Below, piece by piece: positions 36,850-47,042 of a stretch of 64,000 nt of DNA. The stretch is from Candidatus Hydrogenedentota bacterium (GTDB taxonomy: Bacteria; Hydrogenedentota; Hydrogenedentia; Hydrogenedentales; SLHB01), in contig BTVY01000018.1 in the NCBI GenBank assembly GCA_045863335.1, positions 47,101-111,100 of the forward strand, written 5' to 3'. Both the position numbers and the translations under genes were made by a program. Positions within the stretch are counted from its first letter, which is position 1. Each line of letters starts with the position of its first letter. The notes beneath the pieces were generated by a model. That model saw only the letters and a program-made list of their open reading frames with translations, was not told the DNA's origin and made no database searches.

Positions 36850-37652
36850 CAGAAATCCACCCAATCCACCCGATCGATGGTGCGGCCCAGGAAAAGGTCG
36901 CCAAACCGAGCAAAGGATTGCGGCGCATCCGTCACGAGATAAGAGTAGACCGGGGCACCGTCCGCCTCGGCGGCATAATCCATCGCACTGAGAATCTCGG
37001 CCACGACCTCGGCGGTAGCATCCGCGCTGTCGACGATTGCGATGCCGGGACCCGCCACGGCCGCGATGGCTTCCCGGAGGACAGGATAATGGGTACATCC
37101 GAGCAAGAGCGTATCGACGTCCCGGTCCAGGATTTCGCGAAGATACGTTTCCGCGATGGCTCGCGGGACCTCTCCGTCCGACCAGCCTTCTTCAGCGAGC
37201 GGCACGAAAAGGGGGCAGGCTTTGCATGCAACGAAAGTTCCTGGCGCCAACGACTCGATTACGGATTGATACCGGCCGCTGGCAATGGTGCCCGCCGTGC
37301 CGATGACTCCGATCCGGCCCGAGCGTGTTGCATTCACGGCCCGTTGCGCGCCGGGCTCGATCACGCCCAATACGGGCACGGGAAGTTCATCGCGCAACGC
37401 GTCAATGGCGTAGGCCGATGCGGTATTGCAGGCGACCACCAACAACTTGATCTGACGGTCCATCAGAATTCGGGCGCAGCCGCGCGCGTAGCGGACCACT
37501 GTCTCCGCCGACTTCGTCCCGTACGGCACGCGGGCGGTATCGCCCAGGTACACGACGGGCTCGTGCGGGAGGCGATCCATGATGCGACGCAGCACCGTCA
37601 GGCCACCCACACCGGAATCGAATATCCCCAGCGGGGCTCCGGGCTCATGCAT
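36849..37652 (-). CDS. murI: Glutamate racemase
   Basis: GIFDSGVGGLTV, DTARVPYG, VACNTAS, LGCTHYP. Confidence 0.97.
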   Translation of the reverse strand: MHEPGAPLGIFDSGVGGLTVLRRIMDRLPHEPVVYLGDTARVPYGTKSAETVVRYARGCARILMDRQIKLLVVACNTASAYAIDALRDELPVPVLGVIEPGAQRAVNATRSGRIGVIGTAGTIASGRYQSVIESLAPGTFVACKACPLFVPLAEEGWSDGEVPRAIAETYLREILDRDVDTLLLGCTHYPVLREAIAAVAGPGIAIVDSADATAEVVAEILSAMDYAAEADGAPVYSYLVTDAPQSFARFGDLFLGRTIDRVDWVDF

Positions 37653-38310
37653 CGTCCGGTTGTCCGCCACCGGCATCTGCAAGCCAATCGGAGTCTGGAT
37701 AAACAGGACCAGCGAGGTTGAGATGAGCGGGATAGAGATTCGTGGGCGGTTGACCGTCGATAAGGAACCGCACGCTTTGCACCACCGCCTTGTCGCTCCC
37801 CTGAAGCGCGGACTGGGTCAACGTGTTGACCACGCTGTATACGAACAGCGCTTCTTCGGAGACGCTCTTGCGGGAGTCCGTCTGGAGCGGGTAGGTGAAA
37901 TCGACAATCAACTCCCCGTTGTCCATTAGCCACATTCCGCGCACTTCCACCGTGCTGGGGATCACGGATTGCAGTGAAGTTACCGGGCCATCCAGAAGAG
38001 CTTCCAACGCGGTCCGGCAATTGTCTACCGTATGGTCGCCGTACGGCAGCCGCCGGGAGTCGCCCGCCAGGTGCCGCGCGTCGGCGCTCGCGAAATACAA
38101 CACGACCTCCCGCGACTCTTTTGCGGATGGTGATTCTGTTACCGGCTTCATCGGTTCGGGCAAGACTTCTGGAAGGGTAAGCGGATTGCGTCCCAATCGA
38201 ATCAACTCACTCGTCAACAGGATGACGGTGAATAGCAAGATCAGGGTTGTCATGGCCCATACGGCCAGAAAGAGCTTGCGCGAAAATGTCGGTTCTCGAT
38301 TCTCTGCCAT
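37645..38310 (-). CDS. GerMN domain membrane protein
   Basis: N-terminal TM, VVLYF, ALEALLDGP, VYSVVNTLT...VRFLIDG. Confidence 0.88.
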   Translation of the reverse strand: MAENREPTFSRKLFLAVWAMTTLILLFTVILLTSELIRLGRNPLTLPEVLPEPMKPVTESPSAKESREVVLYFASADARHLAGDSRRLPYGDHTVDNCRTALEALLDGPVTSLQSVIPSTVEVRGMWLMDNGELIVDFTYPLQTDSRKSVSEEALFVYSVVNTLTQSALQGSDKAVVQSVRFLIDGQPPTNLYPAHLNLAGPVYPDSDWLADAGGGQPDDA

Positions 38311-38319
38311 CGCTTCTTC

Positions 38320-39111
38320 TTACCGGTCCGATGCCAGGAAGGCGCGTATCCCTTCCGCAAGCCCTTCCGCAAGAGTCTGCCGATACGATTCACCCGCCAA
38401 GAGTTCTTCCTCTACGGGATTGGTCACAAACCCCGTCTCAACCAATACGGCCGGCATCGTCAGCCCTTCCAAAACGCGGCACGGCGCTGCATGAATGCCG
38501 CGGACAGTCGAAGCGGTACTTGCATGGATCGACGAGGCAACCTGCTCGGCGAGCCGACGATTCTCGGCCTGGCCGTTCTGTCCAGTACGCGAGGCGATGG
38601 TGCGTCCGGCCGGAGTTGTCATGGTCCCCGACGAGACGAACACGCCGACGCCGTTCGCCGAAACAGCGCTGCTCGCGCCGAGGTGAATGCTCACGAACAC
38701 GTCCGCGTCGCGGTAATTCGCCTCGTTCGCCCGCTGTTCGTGCGTCAGCGCCACGTCTTCCCGTCGCGTGAGAATCACCTCAAACCCGTCGGCGAGAAGA
38801 TCCGCGACGCGGAGCGCGATGTCCAACACGACGTCCTCTTCACGGGTACCGGCCGCACCGGTCTCTCCCGGGTCGCCACCGCCATGCCCCGGGTCAAGCA
38901 CAACTACCGGTTTCGACGCGGGGGATGACCGTGGGACGGATTCTTCCGCTGCGCCGTCGGGGGCGGTAAGTTCTTCGGTCTTTACGCGGCCATTCTCCTC
39001 CGCAGCGGCCGCTGCGCCAGCGGCGGGCACGAGGACCGCAACGACCAACAAGAGAGCTATCGCGACCGTTCCAAGGCTGGGTACGGGCCGATCGCGCCCT
39101 GCAACGGTCAA
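38320..39111 (-). CDS. N-acetylmuramoyl-L-alanine amidase (Amidase_3)
   Basis: VVLDPGHGG.D.G, LTR, FVSIH, MPAVLVETGFVTN; start approximate (TTG). Confidence 0.9.
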   Translation of the reverse strand: MTVAGRDRPVPSLGTVAIALLLVVAVLVPAAGAAAAAEENGRVKTEELTAPDGAAEESVPRSSPASKPVVVLDPGHGGGDPGETGAAGTREEDVVLDIALRVADLLADGFEVILTRREDVALTHEQRANEANYRDADVFVSIHLGASSAVSANGVGVFVSSGTMTTPAGRTIASRTGQNGQAENRRLAEQVASSIHASTASTVRGIHAAPCRVLEGLTMPAVLVETGFVTNPVEEELLAGESYRQTLAEGLAEGIRAFLASDR

Positions 39112-39142
39112 TGTCGAATCCGGGGACTGTAAGCCGGCGCCG

Positions 39143-39304
39143 TCAGCGGCTCTTCTCGAGATTCTTGATTCGCTGCTGAACAAAGATACTCTCTTCCGGG
39201 CGTATGGACGGACCCACCGGTTTGGAAGTGACAATGAAGGTAACAATCAGCACTACGAACAGCACGATCAACACGATCAGGCCGATTCGGTCTCGCTTCG
39301 ACAT
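39143..39304 (-). CDS. Small single-pass membrane protein
   Basis: MSKRDRIGLIVLIVLFVVLIVTFIV..., 53 aa, co-oriented in the operon. Confidence 0.6.
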   Translation of the reverse strand: MSKRDRIGLIVLIVLFVVLIVTFIVTSKPVGPSIRPEESIFVQQRIKNLEKSR

Positions 39305-39416
39305 AACGAATGGCTCCCACCGGACGGTCCCACGGCACATTGGGCGCGGCGTTGTGGGATGCACGGCGCATTATAGTAAACGCGATCCCGTGCCGCAATA
39401 GACATCCACCCCGCCG

Positions 39417-39854
39417 CTACCGGTGAAATTTCGTGCCTCCCTTTTTGTCCTTCTCAAAATCGAATGTATTGAGCGCGGTGCCGACCTCGAGTTGTTTCTT
39501 CTTCGGCAGCTTGATCTTGCCCTGCTGCTGCGCCAACTCCGCGTTCAGTTTTTGCAGGCATGCTTCGCACAACTTCTTGCTCACACTGATGGCCGGCGCG
39601 CCACAACGCCCGCATTTGACACCCTTATTCGCCGCGGAAGTCTCAATCCGGCCCTGTGCTAGCAAGCGCAACACGCATTCGATCGACACGCCCGTCTCAT
39701 CGGAAAGCTGCTCGGCAGTCGAATTCGGATGTTCGACGAGGGCCTGCCGGATCTTCTCGTAATCGTCCTCTTCGAGATCCTCGCAGTTAGGGCAAATCGA
39801 ACTGCGGACCTTCTCGAACAGTTTCTTGCATCGTTGACAACTTGCTAGCGCCAT
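39417..39854 (-). CDS. YvyF-like (flagellar operon) zinc-finger/HTH protein
   Basis: CxxC..CxxC, E...YEKIR..L..HP, LS.ETGVS...GRI, then a second CxxC..CxxC. Confidence 0.75.
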   Translation of the reverse strand: MALASCQRCKKLFEKVRSSICPNCEDLEEDDYEKIRQALVEHPNSTAEQLSDETGVSIECVLRLLAQGRIETSAANKGVKCGRCGAPAISVSKKLCEACLQKLNAELAQQQGKIKLPKKKQLEVGTALNTFDFEKDKKGGTKFHR

Positions 39855-39858
39855 CTAG

Positions 39859-40539
39859 TTACCCTCCCTCGGGGCCCGGCCAATCAAACGATAACGAACT
39901 CATATCAATGTCCAGGTTTCCCAATACGCCCGCCTTCACGACCAACTGGTCGTCTCGCGACAAATTCACCCCGACCGTCACCGCACGTACCGCCAGCATG
40001 CGCGGACTATCGTCCGCCTGGGCCAGTGGCGCGGTCTGTCGCCGGGGAAACGTGGCGCGAATCCAAACCCGGCGTGCAACGGGGCGATTCAAATCATCCC
40101 GGCCATCGTCGACGCCGAGAACTTCGAAGGTGACCCCGGGTGCAAATATGTACTGATCCTCGACCCCCTCAGGCCGAATTACGTTCCCTTCAATGGACCG
40201 TTCCATTGCCTTTTCGCACAGCGTATCCCATTCCCCGTCAATCGCCTCCTGGCCTGACGACTCAATCGCGACCCGGTGCATCCGATCGGCCATCCAGGCC
40301 GTGGTGCGAATCACTTCCTCACAGAATCCATCCTGAAGGGCTCGCGCGTAGCGCAACGCTGTTGCGACGAAGGGATCTTCGCCGTTTTCTTCCGTGCCTG
40401 CCGGCGAGGTCGTGGCGGAAACGGGTACACTTGCCGCGCTCCCGCCGGCGAGGCGCGCGGTCCCGAACACGAGACCTACGCCGACACTGGCCAAGATCAC
40501 GAACCACGCAACAAGAGTACTGTTTCTTACTTTTTTCAC
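39859..40539 (-). CDS. Hypothetical membrane-anchored protein
   Basis: GTG start, N-terminal TM, first gene of the minus-strand run. Confidence 0.6.
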   Translation of the reverse strand: MKKVRNSTLVAWFVILASVGVGLVFGTARLAGGSAASVPVSATTSPAGTEENGEDPFVATALRYARALQDGFCEEVIRTTAWMADRMHRVAIESSGQEAIDGEWDTLCEKAMERSIEGNVIRPEGVEDQYIFAPGVTFEVLGVDDGRDDLNRPVARRVWIRATFPRRQTAPLAQADDSPRMLAVRAVTVGVNLSRDDQLVVKAGVLGNLDIDMSSLSFDWPGPEGG

Positions 40540-40568
40540 TTCTGTATGGTAACATGCTCCTTCGGCAC

Positions 40569-40618
40569 TGTCAATTGACAAACCGCGTTCGCTGAATTGT
40601 ACACGATTTTCGTGTACA
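40569..40618. promoter_or_regulatory. Divergent -35 pair and palindromic operator
   Basis: TGTCAATTGACA (back-to-back TTGACA) at 40569-40580 and TGTACACGA-TTT-TCGTGTACA at 40598-40618, between divergent genes. Confidence 0.65.
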
Positions 40619-40694
40619 CTGCTGCGGCATTTGCGCGGTCCTCGGTCGGACATAAGGATGGGTCACCGGGGCCATGCCGTATGAGGAGATGCGT

Positions 40695-42911
40695 ATGAAG
40701 TCGTTGAAAAAAACAAGCTTACTCGTTCTGTGCCTATTCATCTTCGCCGCCGGCTGCGGCGGTCCACAAGATGCCGAGGAGCCGGTCGAATCCGCCGCTC
40801 CGGATGAAGCCGTGCCAGCCAGTCCGGCTTCCCAGGCGGAGGCGACCGCTGCAGTGCCGACCGATGAAGAGCCGAAGGCGTCGGTAACCATCTATCGGGA
40901 CAAGTGGGGCGTGCCCCACATCTACGCAGATTCCGACGTGGCGGCAGCGTACGGGCTTGGATACGCGCAGGCGGAGGATCGGTTGGCGGACCTGCATGCA
41001 AACGTACGCACCGCGATCGGAACGGCGGCGGAAGTCTTCGGTTCCGACCACGTGGAATCGGATATGGCGATGCAGCTCGTTCAAAACGTGAAATTCTCCC
41101 AGGAACATTGGGCGGACACGCCTGGTGATTTGCGCGCGCTGTCGGAATCCTTCATTGACGGCGTTGAAGCCTATGCGGCGGAAAACCCGGACGAAATACC
41201 GGAGTGGGCGGTGGAACTGGAGCCCTGGCATTGCACCGCCATCGGACGCGCCATGATCATGCGCTGGCCTTTGGGGACCGTCTTCGACGACCTGAAAAAC
41301 CGTCAGGAGAAGCCGGCCATGGGCTCGAACGAGTGGAGCGTGGCGCCATCTCGCTCCGCGGACAACTGTGCGATTCTTCTGGCCGACCCGCACCTGACGT
41401 GGGAAGGGATGGCCGTGTTCTACGAAGCCCGCGTCCACGGTGAAAACCTGCACATGAACGGATTCTTCCTGCTGGGATCGCCTTTGATGGGGTTTGGACA
41501 CAGCGAGTTCGCTGGCTGGGCGCCCACCACCGGCGGCCCGGACACGTCGGACGTGTTCGAGGTCAGAATCGATCTGGCCAACAAGCTGATGCCCAAGTAC
41601 GAACTCAATGGGGAGTGGAAAACCGCAAGCGCGCGGCTCATGGTTGTCAATGTGAAGGGCGGCGACCCCGTCACCCAGCCAACCGCGGACACGGAGTTGG
41701 GACCCGTCGTGGAAATCGACGAAGACGCCGGCATCGCTTACGTTGGCGCGTCGCCGTATTTCGGTCCCAGCAATCTGTATCAACAGACGTACCGGATGCT
41801 AACGGCGACAACGGCGGAAGAGTTTCACAGCGCAATAGCCATGAACGAGTTCATGGAACAAAACCTGATGTATGCCGACCGGGAGGGCAACATCGGGTAC
41901 GTCCGCGCTGGGAAAACGCCCGTGCGCGCGGCCGGGTACGATTGGAATGCGCCGGTACCCGCGACGGCGGAGACGATCTGGACGGAGATCCACCCGATCG
42001 ACGATCTGGTAAGCATCGTCAACCCGCCGCAGGGATACATGCAGAACTGCAACATCAGCCCCGCGAACATGATGGTCGACTCCCCCATGACGCCGGACAA
42101 GTACCCCGGCTATATTTATAACGTTACGTGGGACGTGACGAATCCACGAGGCAAACGCAGTACGGCGCTGTTGTCGGAGGACGACTCCGTGACAAAGGCG
42201 GAGGCCATGGCCTATACGATGGATGTCTATGACATCCTGGCCGAACCCTGGAAGAGCGCGCTCCGCGGCGCCATTGACACGGCCGGCGAGCCGTACATGG
42301 CCGACGAAACATTCGCGACCGTTGTCAATCGAATCCTCGAATGGGATGGCAACTTCACGGTAGACAGCATGGCAACGCCGATCTACAAGAATTGGCGCCT
42401 GGCCTGCAACGGGAAGGTTGACGTGACGGCGATCTCCGAAGGCAGGACGCTTCCTCCGGATGCGAAGACGATCTTGCTGGACATACTGAAGGCCGAAGTC
42501 GAATCCTTCCAGGTCGCGCACGGGTCGGTGGATGTTGCCTGGGGTGATTTGTACAAGGTCGGCCGCGGAGAATTTCTGTATCCCGCGCCAGGCATGGACT
42601 TCGGCGGCTCGACGGACGGTCCGAACTTCAGCGAATCGCTCTTTGACGTCCGCAGCAAGGAAGATCCGGAGAATCCGGGGCAGTATATCGCGTACAGCGG
42701 CTCGATGGCGACGATGCTCATGTTCTTCCACAAGGATCGGATCGAATCGTATACCTGCACGCCATGGGGCCAGAGCGGCGACCCGACGTCGCCCCACTAC
42801 GCCGACCAGGCGCAGCACCTGTATTCAAAACGAGAGCTGAAACCGACGTGGTTCACACGCGAGGAAATCCTGGCTCACAAAGAATCAGAGAAGGTCTTGA
42901 CGATTCAGTGA
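40695..42911 (+). CDS. Penicillin acylase family (S45 Ntn-hydrolase) lipoprotein
   Basis: Lipobox AAGC; RDKWGVPHIYA, GYAQAEDRL, GSNEW autoprocessing Ser, LLADPHL, GQSGDPTSPHYADQ. Confidence 0.93.
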   Translation: MKSLKKTSLLVLCLFIFAAGCGGPQDAEEPVESAAPDEAVPASPASQAEATAAVPTDEEPKASVTIYRDKWGVPHIYADSDVAAAYGLGYAQAEDRLADLHANVRTAIGTAAEVFGSDHVESDMAMQLVQNVKFSQEHWADTPGDLRALSESFIDGVEAYAAENPDEIPEWAVELEPWHCTAIGRAMIMRWPLGTVFDDLKNRQEKPAMGSNEWSVAPSRSADNCAILLADPHLTWEGMAVFYEARVHGENLHMNGFFLLGSPLMGFGHSEFAGWAPTTGGPDTSDVFEVRIDLANKLMPKYELNGEWKTASARLMVVNVKGGDPVTQPTADTELGPVVEIDEDAGIAYVGASPYFGPSNLYQQTYRMLTATTAEEFHSAIAMNEFMEQNLMYADREGNIGYVRAGKTPVRAAGYDWNAPVPATAETIWTEIHPIDDLVSIVNPPQGYMQNCNISPANMMVDSPMTPDKYPGYIYNVTWDVTNPRGKRSTALLSEDDSVTKAEAMAYTMDVYDILAEPWKSALRGAIDTAGEPYMADETFATVVNRILEWDGNFTVDSMATPIYKNWRLACNGKVDVTAISEGRTLPPDAKTILLDILKAEVESFQVAHGSVDVAWGDLYKVGRGEFLYPAPGMDFGGSTDGPNFSESLFDVRSKEDPENPGQYIAYSGSMATMLMFFHKDRIESYTCTPWGQSGDPTSPHYADQAQHLYSKRELKPTWFTREEILAHKESEKVLTIQ

Positions 42912-43912
42912 ATGCGCCGCGGGATTCGCTCGATATCCTGGCGGACGTAATCCGCCAGCACTACGACTTGGGACGTGTGGACCGGCCTGCCCGGCTGGAG
43001 GCCGCCCACCAGCGCCGTCACCAGAAGATTGTGGTGAACACGGCATTGGGACGCTTTCTCGCCAAGACGTACAAGCGGGATCCCTACGTACTGGACGCCT
43101 TGCGGTTTCAGCACCGGTTGTCGGATTTTCTGGCACAGAATAACGTTCCCGTCGCTGGAATTCAGCCGGCCAGCGACGGGAAACGAATTGTCGAACTGGA
43201 CACCTGGGCCCTCGAACTGCAGGAATTCGTCGAGGGCGCATCCATGGTGGTTTCCAAAGAGACGCTCGCCATTTCGGCGGAAACGCTCGGAAAGTTTCAT
43301 GAGGTGTGCCGCGACTTCCCGCGTCCCGAGCGGGATACGCGCATGTGGCGGTTTAGTGAGGTGCCTCGTTCGTCGTTTGCCGCGCTGTACCAGACGGCAA
43401 AATCGCAGGAGGACTCGGAAGCGCTCACAGCGCACTGCAACCGCATCGCGCTCTTCCTCCGCGACGCTGCGGAAGCGTTGAGTCTGGAGCAGCGGGGCCG
43501 TTTTGAAACCGGCTTGATTCACGGCGACTGGCACAGCGGCAACCTCATCTTCCGCGATGAGCGCCTGGCCGCCGTCGTCGATTTGGAGTTCGCGGGCGAC
43601 GGCTGCTACCTGGAAGACTTGGCGTACGCGATTTCCAATCTCTGCGTTCGGACGACCATGCGCGAAGAGCGCCTGGCGAAACGGACGGATCAACTGTTGG
43701 ATCACTACCAGCGGTATCGCACCTTGTCCTACTACGAGGAAGCGGCGCTGTATTACGCCGTGGGCGTCAAACATATCGCCACGGTGTCCTACCAGATTCA
43801 ACAGCAAGGCGCCATCGTCGCCGGCCACACCGCGGCATCCTGGATGGAACGGCTCGCCATTCAATGCGGTTGGCTGGCGGAGCGGGCGCAAAAGGTTCGT
43901 TGGGGAAAGTAA
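42908..43912 (+). CDS. APH/homoserine-kinase-type II phosphotransferase
   Basis: IHGDWHSGNL and VVDLE motifs; GTGA overlap with the acylase. Confidence 0.85.
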   Translation: MNAPRDSLDILADVIRQHYDLGRVDRPARLEAAHQRRHQKIVVNTALGRFLAKTYKRDPYVLDALRFQHRLSDFLAQNNVPVAGIQPASDGKRIVELDTWALELQEFVEGASMVVSKETLAISAETLGKFHEVCRDFPRPERDTRMWRFSEVPRSSFAALYQTAKSQEDSEALTAHCNRIALFLRDAAEALSLEQRGRFETGLIHGDWHSGNLIFRDERLAAVVDLEFAGDGCYLEDLAYAISNLCVRTTMREERLAKRTDQLLDHYQRYRTLSYYEEAALYYAVGVKHIATVSYQIQQQGAIVAGHTAASWMERLAIQCGWLAERAQKVRWGK

Positions 43913-43915
43913 TCC

Positions 43916-44911
43916 TTACCGTATCCGGCTTTTCGCTCCCGAGTCCCACAAGTCAGCATTTGTGCCGAGATGGGTTTTGACCCGGCCGGTGACGCGGTCG
44001 AGTTCGTCGATAACCGATTGATCGAGCGCGAGTTCGGCTGCAGCCAGATTGCGATTGATCTGATCGGGTCGCCTCCCGCCAACGACGACGCATGCAATCC
44101 CGGGCTTCGCAATAAGCCACGCCAGCGCGACCGTGGCCATGGATTCCCCGGCTTCCCGGGCAATGGATCGAATCCCGGCAAGCGCATCCAACACCGCCTG
44201 CTCGCACCCGGTTTCGTCGTGACGCGTGCCTTCGCGATCCGATGCGAAGTGCCGCGTTCGCCGCCGTTGCACGGGGATTTTGTCGATGGTCTCCCAGCGA
44301 CCGGTCAACACCCCCTGCATGAGAGGCATGTACGCCATTACGCCGATGCCGCGGGCGAAGCACGCCGGAAGGATATCCCACTCGATCGCGCGGAACAGCA
44401 AGTTGTAGCCGAGCTGATTCGAGACGCAGGTCCCGGCGGCAAGCCAATTCCCGAGATCGCGAACGCCGAAGTTCGATACGCCAATGGTGCGGATCTTGCC
44501 TTCCTCGCGCAATCGCTCCAGCGCGCCGCACACGTCCGCGAAGGGCACATCGCGCGGCGGCCAGTGGACTTGATACAGGTCGATGACCGAGGCGCCGAGC
44601 CGCTGAAGACTCGCTTCGCAGGACGCCCGCAACGCGGCCGGAGCGCAGTTTTCGGGCGAGACCTTAGTCGCGATGAGGACGGAATCCCGGCGTCCTTTCA
44701 GCGCGCGCCCAAGCACCCGTTCCGACTCGCCGTTTCCATACATTTCCGCGGTATCGAACAAATTGATTCCGGCGTCAAGAGCGGCATCCACCGTGGATTG
44801 GATGTCGGAGGCGGTACTGTTTCCCCAGTATCCGGCATCCCCCATCTGCCACGCGCCGAATGCGAGCACGGAAACGTCGAAACCGCTGTTGCCCAAGGGT
44901 CGGTAATGCAT
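43916..44911 (-). CDS. Aldo/keto reductase
   Basis: LGNSG..VS, FDTAEMYG.G.SE, IATK, IDLYQVHWP, IGVSNF. Confidence 0.94.
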   Translation of the reverse strand: MHYRPLGNSGFDVSVLAFGAWQMGDAGYWGNSTASDIQSTVDAALDAGINLFDTAEMYGNGESERVLGRALKGRRDSVLIATKVSPENCAPAALRASCEASLQRLGASVIDLYQVHWPPRDVPFADVCGALERLREEGKIRTIGVSNFGVRDLGNWLAAGTCVSNQLGYNLLFRAIEWDILPACFARGIGVMAYMPLMQGVLTGRWETIDKIPVQRRRTRHFASDREGTRHDETGCEQAVLDALAGIRSIAREAGESMATVALAWLIAKPGIACVVVGGRRPDQINRNLAAAELALDQSVIDELDRVTGRVKTHLGTNADLWDSGAKSRIR

Positions 44912-45032
44912 GATGAATACCAGGTGCCCAAAAATCGTTCTATTCGGAGACCATAGTCTTGCAGATGCGCGTCCGCGGTGTCGAGTCCTTCGGTACCGCA
45001 ACGCGTTATGCGATACCGTTCGGAGTTGCGCC

Positions 45033-45938
45033 ATGCGACATATGATGTTGATGCTCGCCGGATTCTGTCTGACAATCGCGGCGGCCGCGCAGAACACCGG
45101 CGCGGCGCCCGGACCGGAGATTGTCGTTGCCGAGCCCGGCGCGACATTGCTTGCGGACGAGATGGGCTTCCTCCGGGTCCGTGCGATTCGCGGTCCCGAT
45201 TGGGAGATCGAGAAGGTGAGGAATCCGGAAGGCGTATGGATCGCCGAACTGCGTTCGCGCGGCGCGAAGGTCATGGAGTTCGCGGATTGCGGCGAACGCG
45301 AGGAATGGATGCGGTTCATGCTGTGGCCGATTGACGCGGCAGACCCGGATCTGCTGCTCGTTCTCCGTTATTCGGGTGGCATCGACGGATCCGACGCTCT
45401 CGACATCATCCACCTCAAGAATAACTTTCGAACGCTGCTTCGGTCCGCCGCCGAGTTCAAATTTCACCAGGTGACGGACTTGAACGGAGATGCGTGGCCG
45501 GAGGTGGTAGGCGCCAGCCGTCACTATGCCTATTTTCTCGATCTGCCCCGCGAATTGAGTCCCTTCCCAACGGTCATCCTTTCCTATCGCCCGGACGCAA
45601 AGAAGTACCAATGTCAGAATCATCGATTCCCGGATCTGGCGCGCGAGAAGGCGGAGATCCACCGGAAGGAATTCGAACAGAATCAACAGGCGGCAGGTAC
45701 TTTCGCGTACGATCGCTGGAACCAGAACAGCCGCCAGGCGCTCGCGTCGCTTGTGTCGTGGATACTTGGAATGTGCTACCGGGGCGAGAGTGAAGTGGCG
45801 TGGGCATATCTGCATGAATTCACGACGCCGGAGACCGCCAATTTGATCCAGCCCGTCATCGCCGAGCGTCTCGCGACGGAACCGTACTACCAGGAAGTGC
45901 TCCGTACCCAGGCCCGCGACAGTGCGCCACAGAATTAA
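45033..45938 (+). CDS. Exported hypothetical protein with one FG-GAP-like DLNGD motif
   Basis: Signal peptide; TDLNGDAWPEV. Confidence 0.65.
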   Translation: MRHMMLMLAGFCLTIAAAAQNTGAAPGPEIVVAEPGATLLADEMGFLRVRAIRGPDWEIEKVRNPEGVWIAELRSRGAKVMEFADCGEREEWMRFMLWPIDAADPDLLLVLRYSGGIDGSDALDIIHLKNNFRTLLRSAAEFKFHQVTDLNGDAWPEVVGASRHYAYFLDLPRELSPFPTVILSYRPDAKKYQCQNHRFPDLAREKAEIHRKEFEQNQQAAGTFAYDRWNQNSRQALASLVSWILGMCYRGESEVAWAYLHEFTTPETANLIQPVIAERLATEPYYQEVLRTQARDSAPQN

Positions 45939-46741
45939 TCGCGGCGCGCTCGCGTGGAACGCTTCACCCCGCTGCGCAGAACCGCTGGCGCGACCGCTTT
46001 GACGCCGTACGCGCAGGCAATCATCGCGGGAACGGTAATCTCGCGTTTTCCCTTGGCGAGCCCGTTGAACACTGCATCCACCACGCGCTCTGGTTTGATC
46101 ATGGATCGCAGGGCCACCTCGGGCATGCGTTCGCGATCCGCTTCGCTGAAGAACTCCGTATCGATGGCGCCGGGGCACACGGTCAGCACGTGTACGCCGC
46201 TGTCTTCCACTTCGATGGAGAGGGCCTCACTGAGGCCCACCATGGCGAATTTCGTCGCGGAGTAGACACTCTCGCCGGGCACACCGATCTTCCCGGCCAC
46301 CGAGGCCATCATCACGATCCACCCTGAGCCGCGCTCGACCATGTCCGGCAGCAAGGCCTTGGTCCAGTATACGGTGCCGAGGAAATTCACACGCACCATG
46401 CGCTCGATATCGGCGATATCCCATTCCAGGAAACGAAAGTGGCCTCCGTATCCAGCATTGTTCACGAGTACATCCACGCCGCCCCACCGATCCAGGATTG
46501 CGTCCGCGCTCTTCTGAACGGCATCAACATCCTCCACGTCGCAGGGAAAGACAATGGTTTCGCCGCCCAAGGCGTTGGCCGTATCCGCGACCTCGCGCAA
46601 CCGATCCTCCCGCCGCGCCACGAGCGCTACGCGCGCGCCTTCGGACGCCGCGCGAAGCGCCAGGAGCCTCCCGATGCCGCTGGACGCGCCGGTGATCACG
46701 ACGCGCTTGTCGTTCCACGAAGTCAGTCGCTTTCGAGCCAT
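45935..46741 (-). CDS. SDR family oxidoreductase
   Basis: TGASSGIG, NNAG, YSATK. Confidence 0.94.
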   Translation of the reverse strand: MARKRLTSWNDKRVVITGASSGIGRLLALRAASEGARVALVARREDRLREVADTANALGGETIVFPCDVEDVDAVQKSADAILDRWGGVDVLVNNAGYGGHFRFLEWDIADIERMVRVNFLGTVYWTKALLPDMVERGSGWIVMMASVAGKIGVPGESVYSATKFAMVGLSEALSIEVEDSGVHVLTVCPGAIDTEFFSEADRERMPEVALRSMIKPERVVDAVFNGLAKGKREITVPAMIACAYGVKAVAPAVLRSGVKRSTRARRD

Positions 46742-47042
46742 TCTTTGTTCCCCGGAGTGTTGCGGGCACATGGTAGCACACTGCAAACGGCGAACCCGGT
46801 TTCGACCCGTCACCGCAACGACCTACCGAAATTGGACGGTATACCCTCTCCGTGGCTTGGGGCATCCTCTCGCAAGCCTCGTGCATGTTGTTTTGAATTT
46901 TGGCCCTTAGAATTCGTTTCGGATTTCGGATCTTGCTTGCAGTTCTGTTGTTCCGGCTCTCCCCGCGTGAAACTTCCTCTGTCCCCTTGGTATGGTAGCT
47001 GTAACGAAACCGCTGGCCATGAACCCAGAGGTTGTGAATACC

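Noticed and set aside
46894-46936. Short ATTTCGG-like repeats
   Set aside because: Too few and too degenerate units to call a repeat element.
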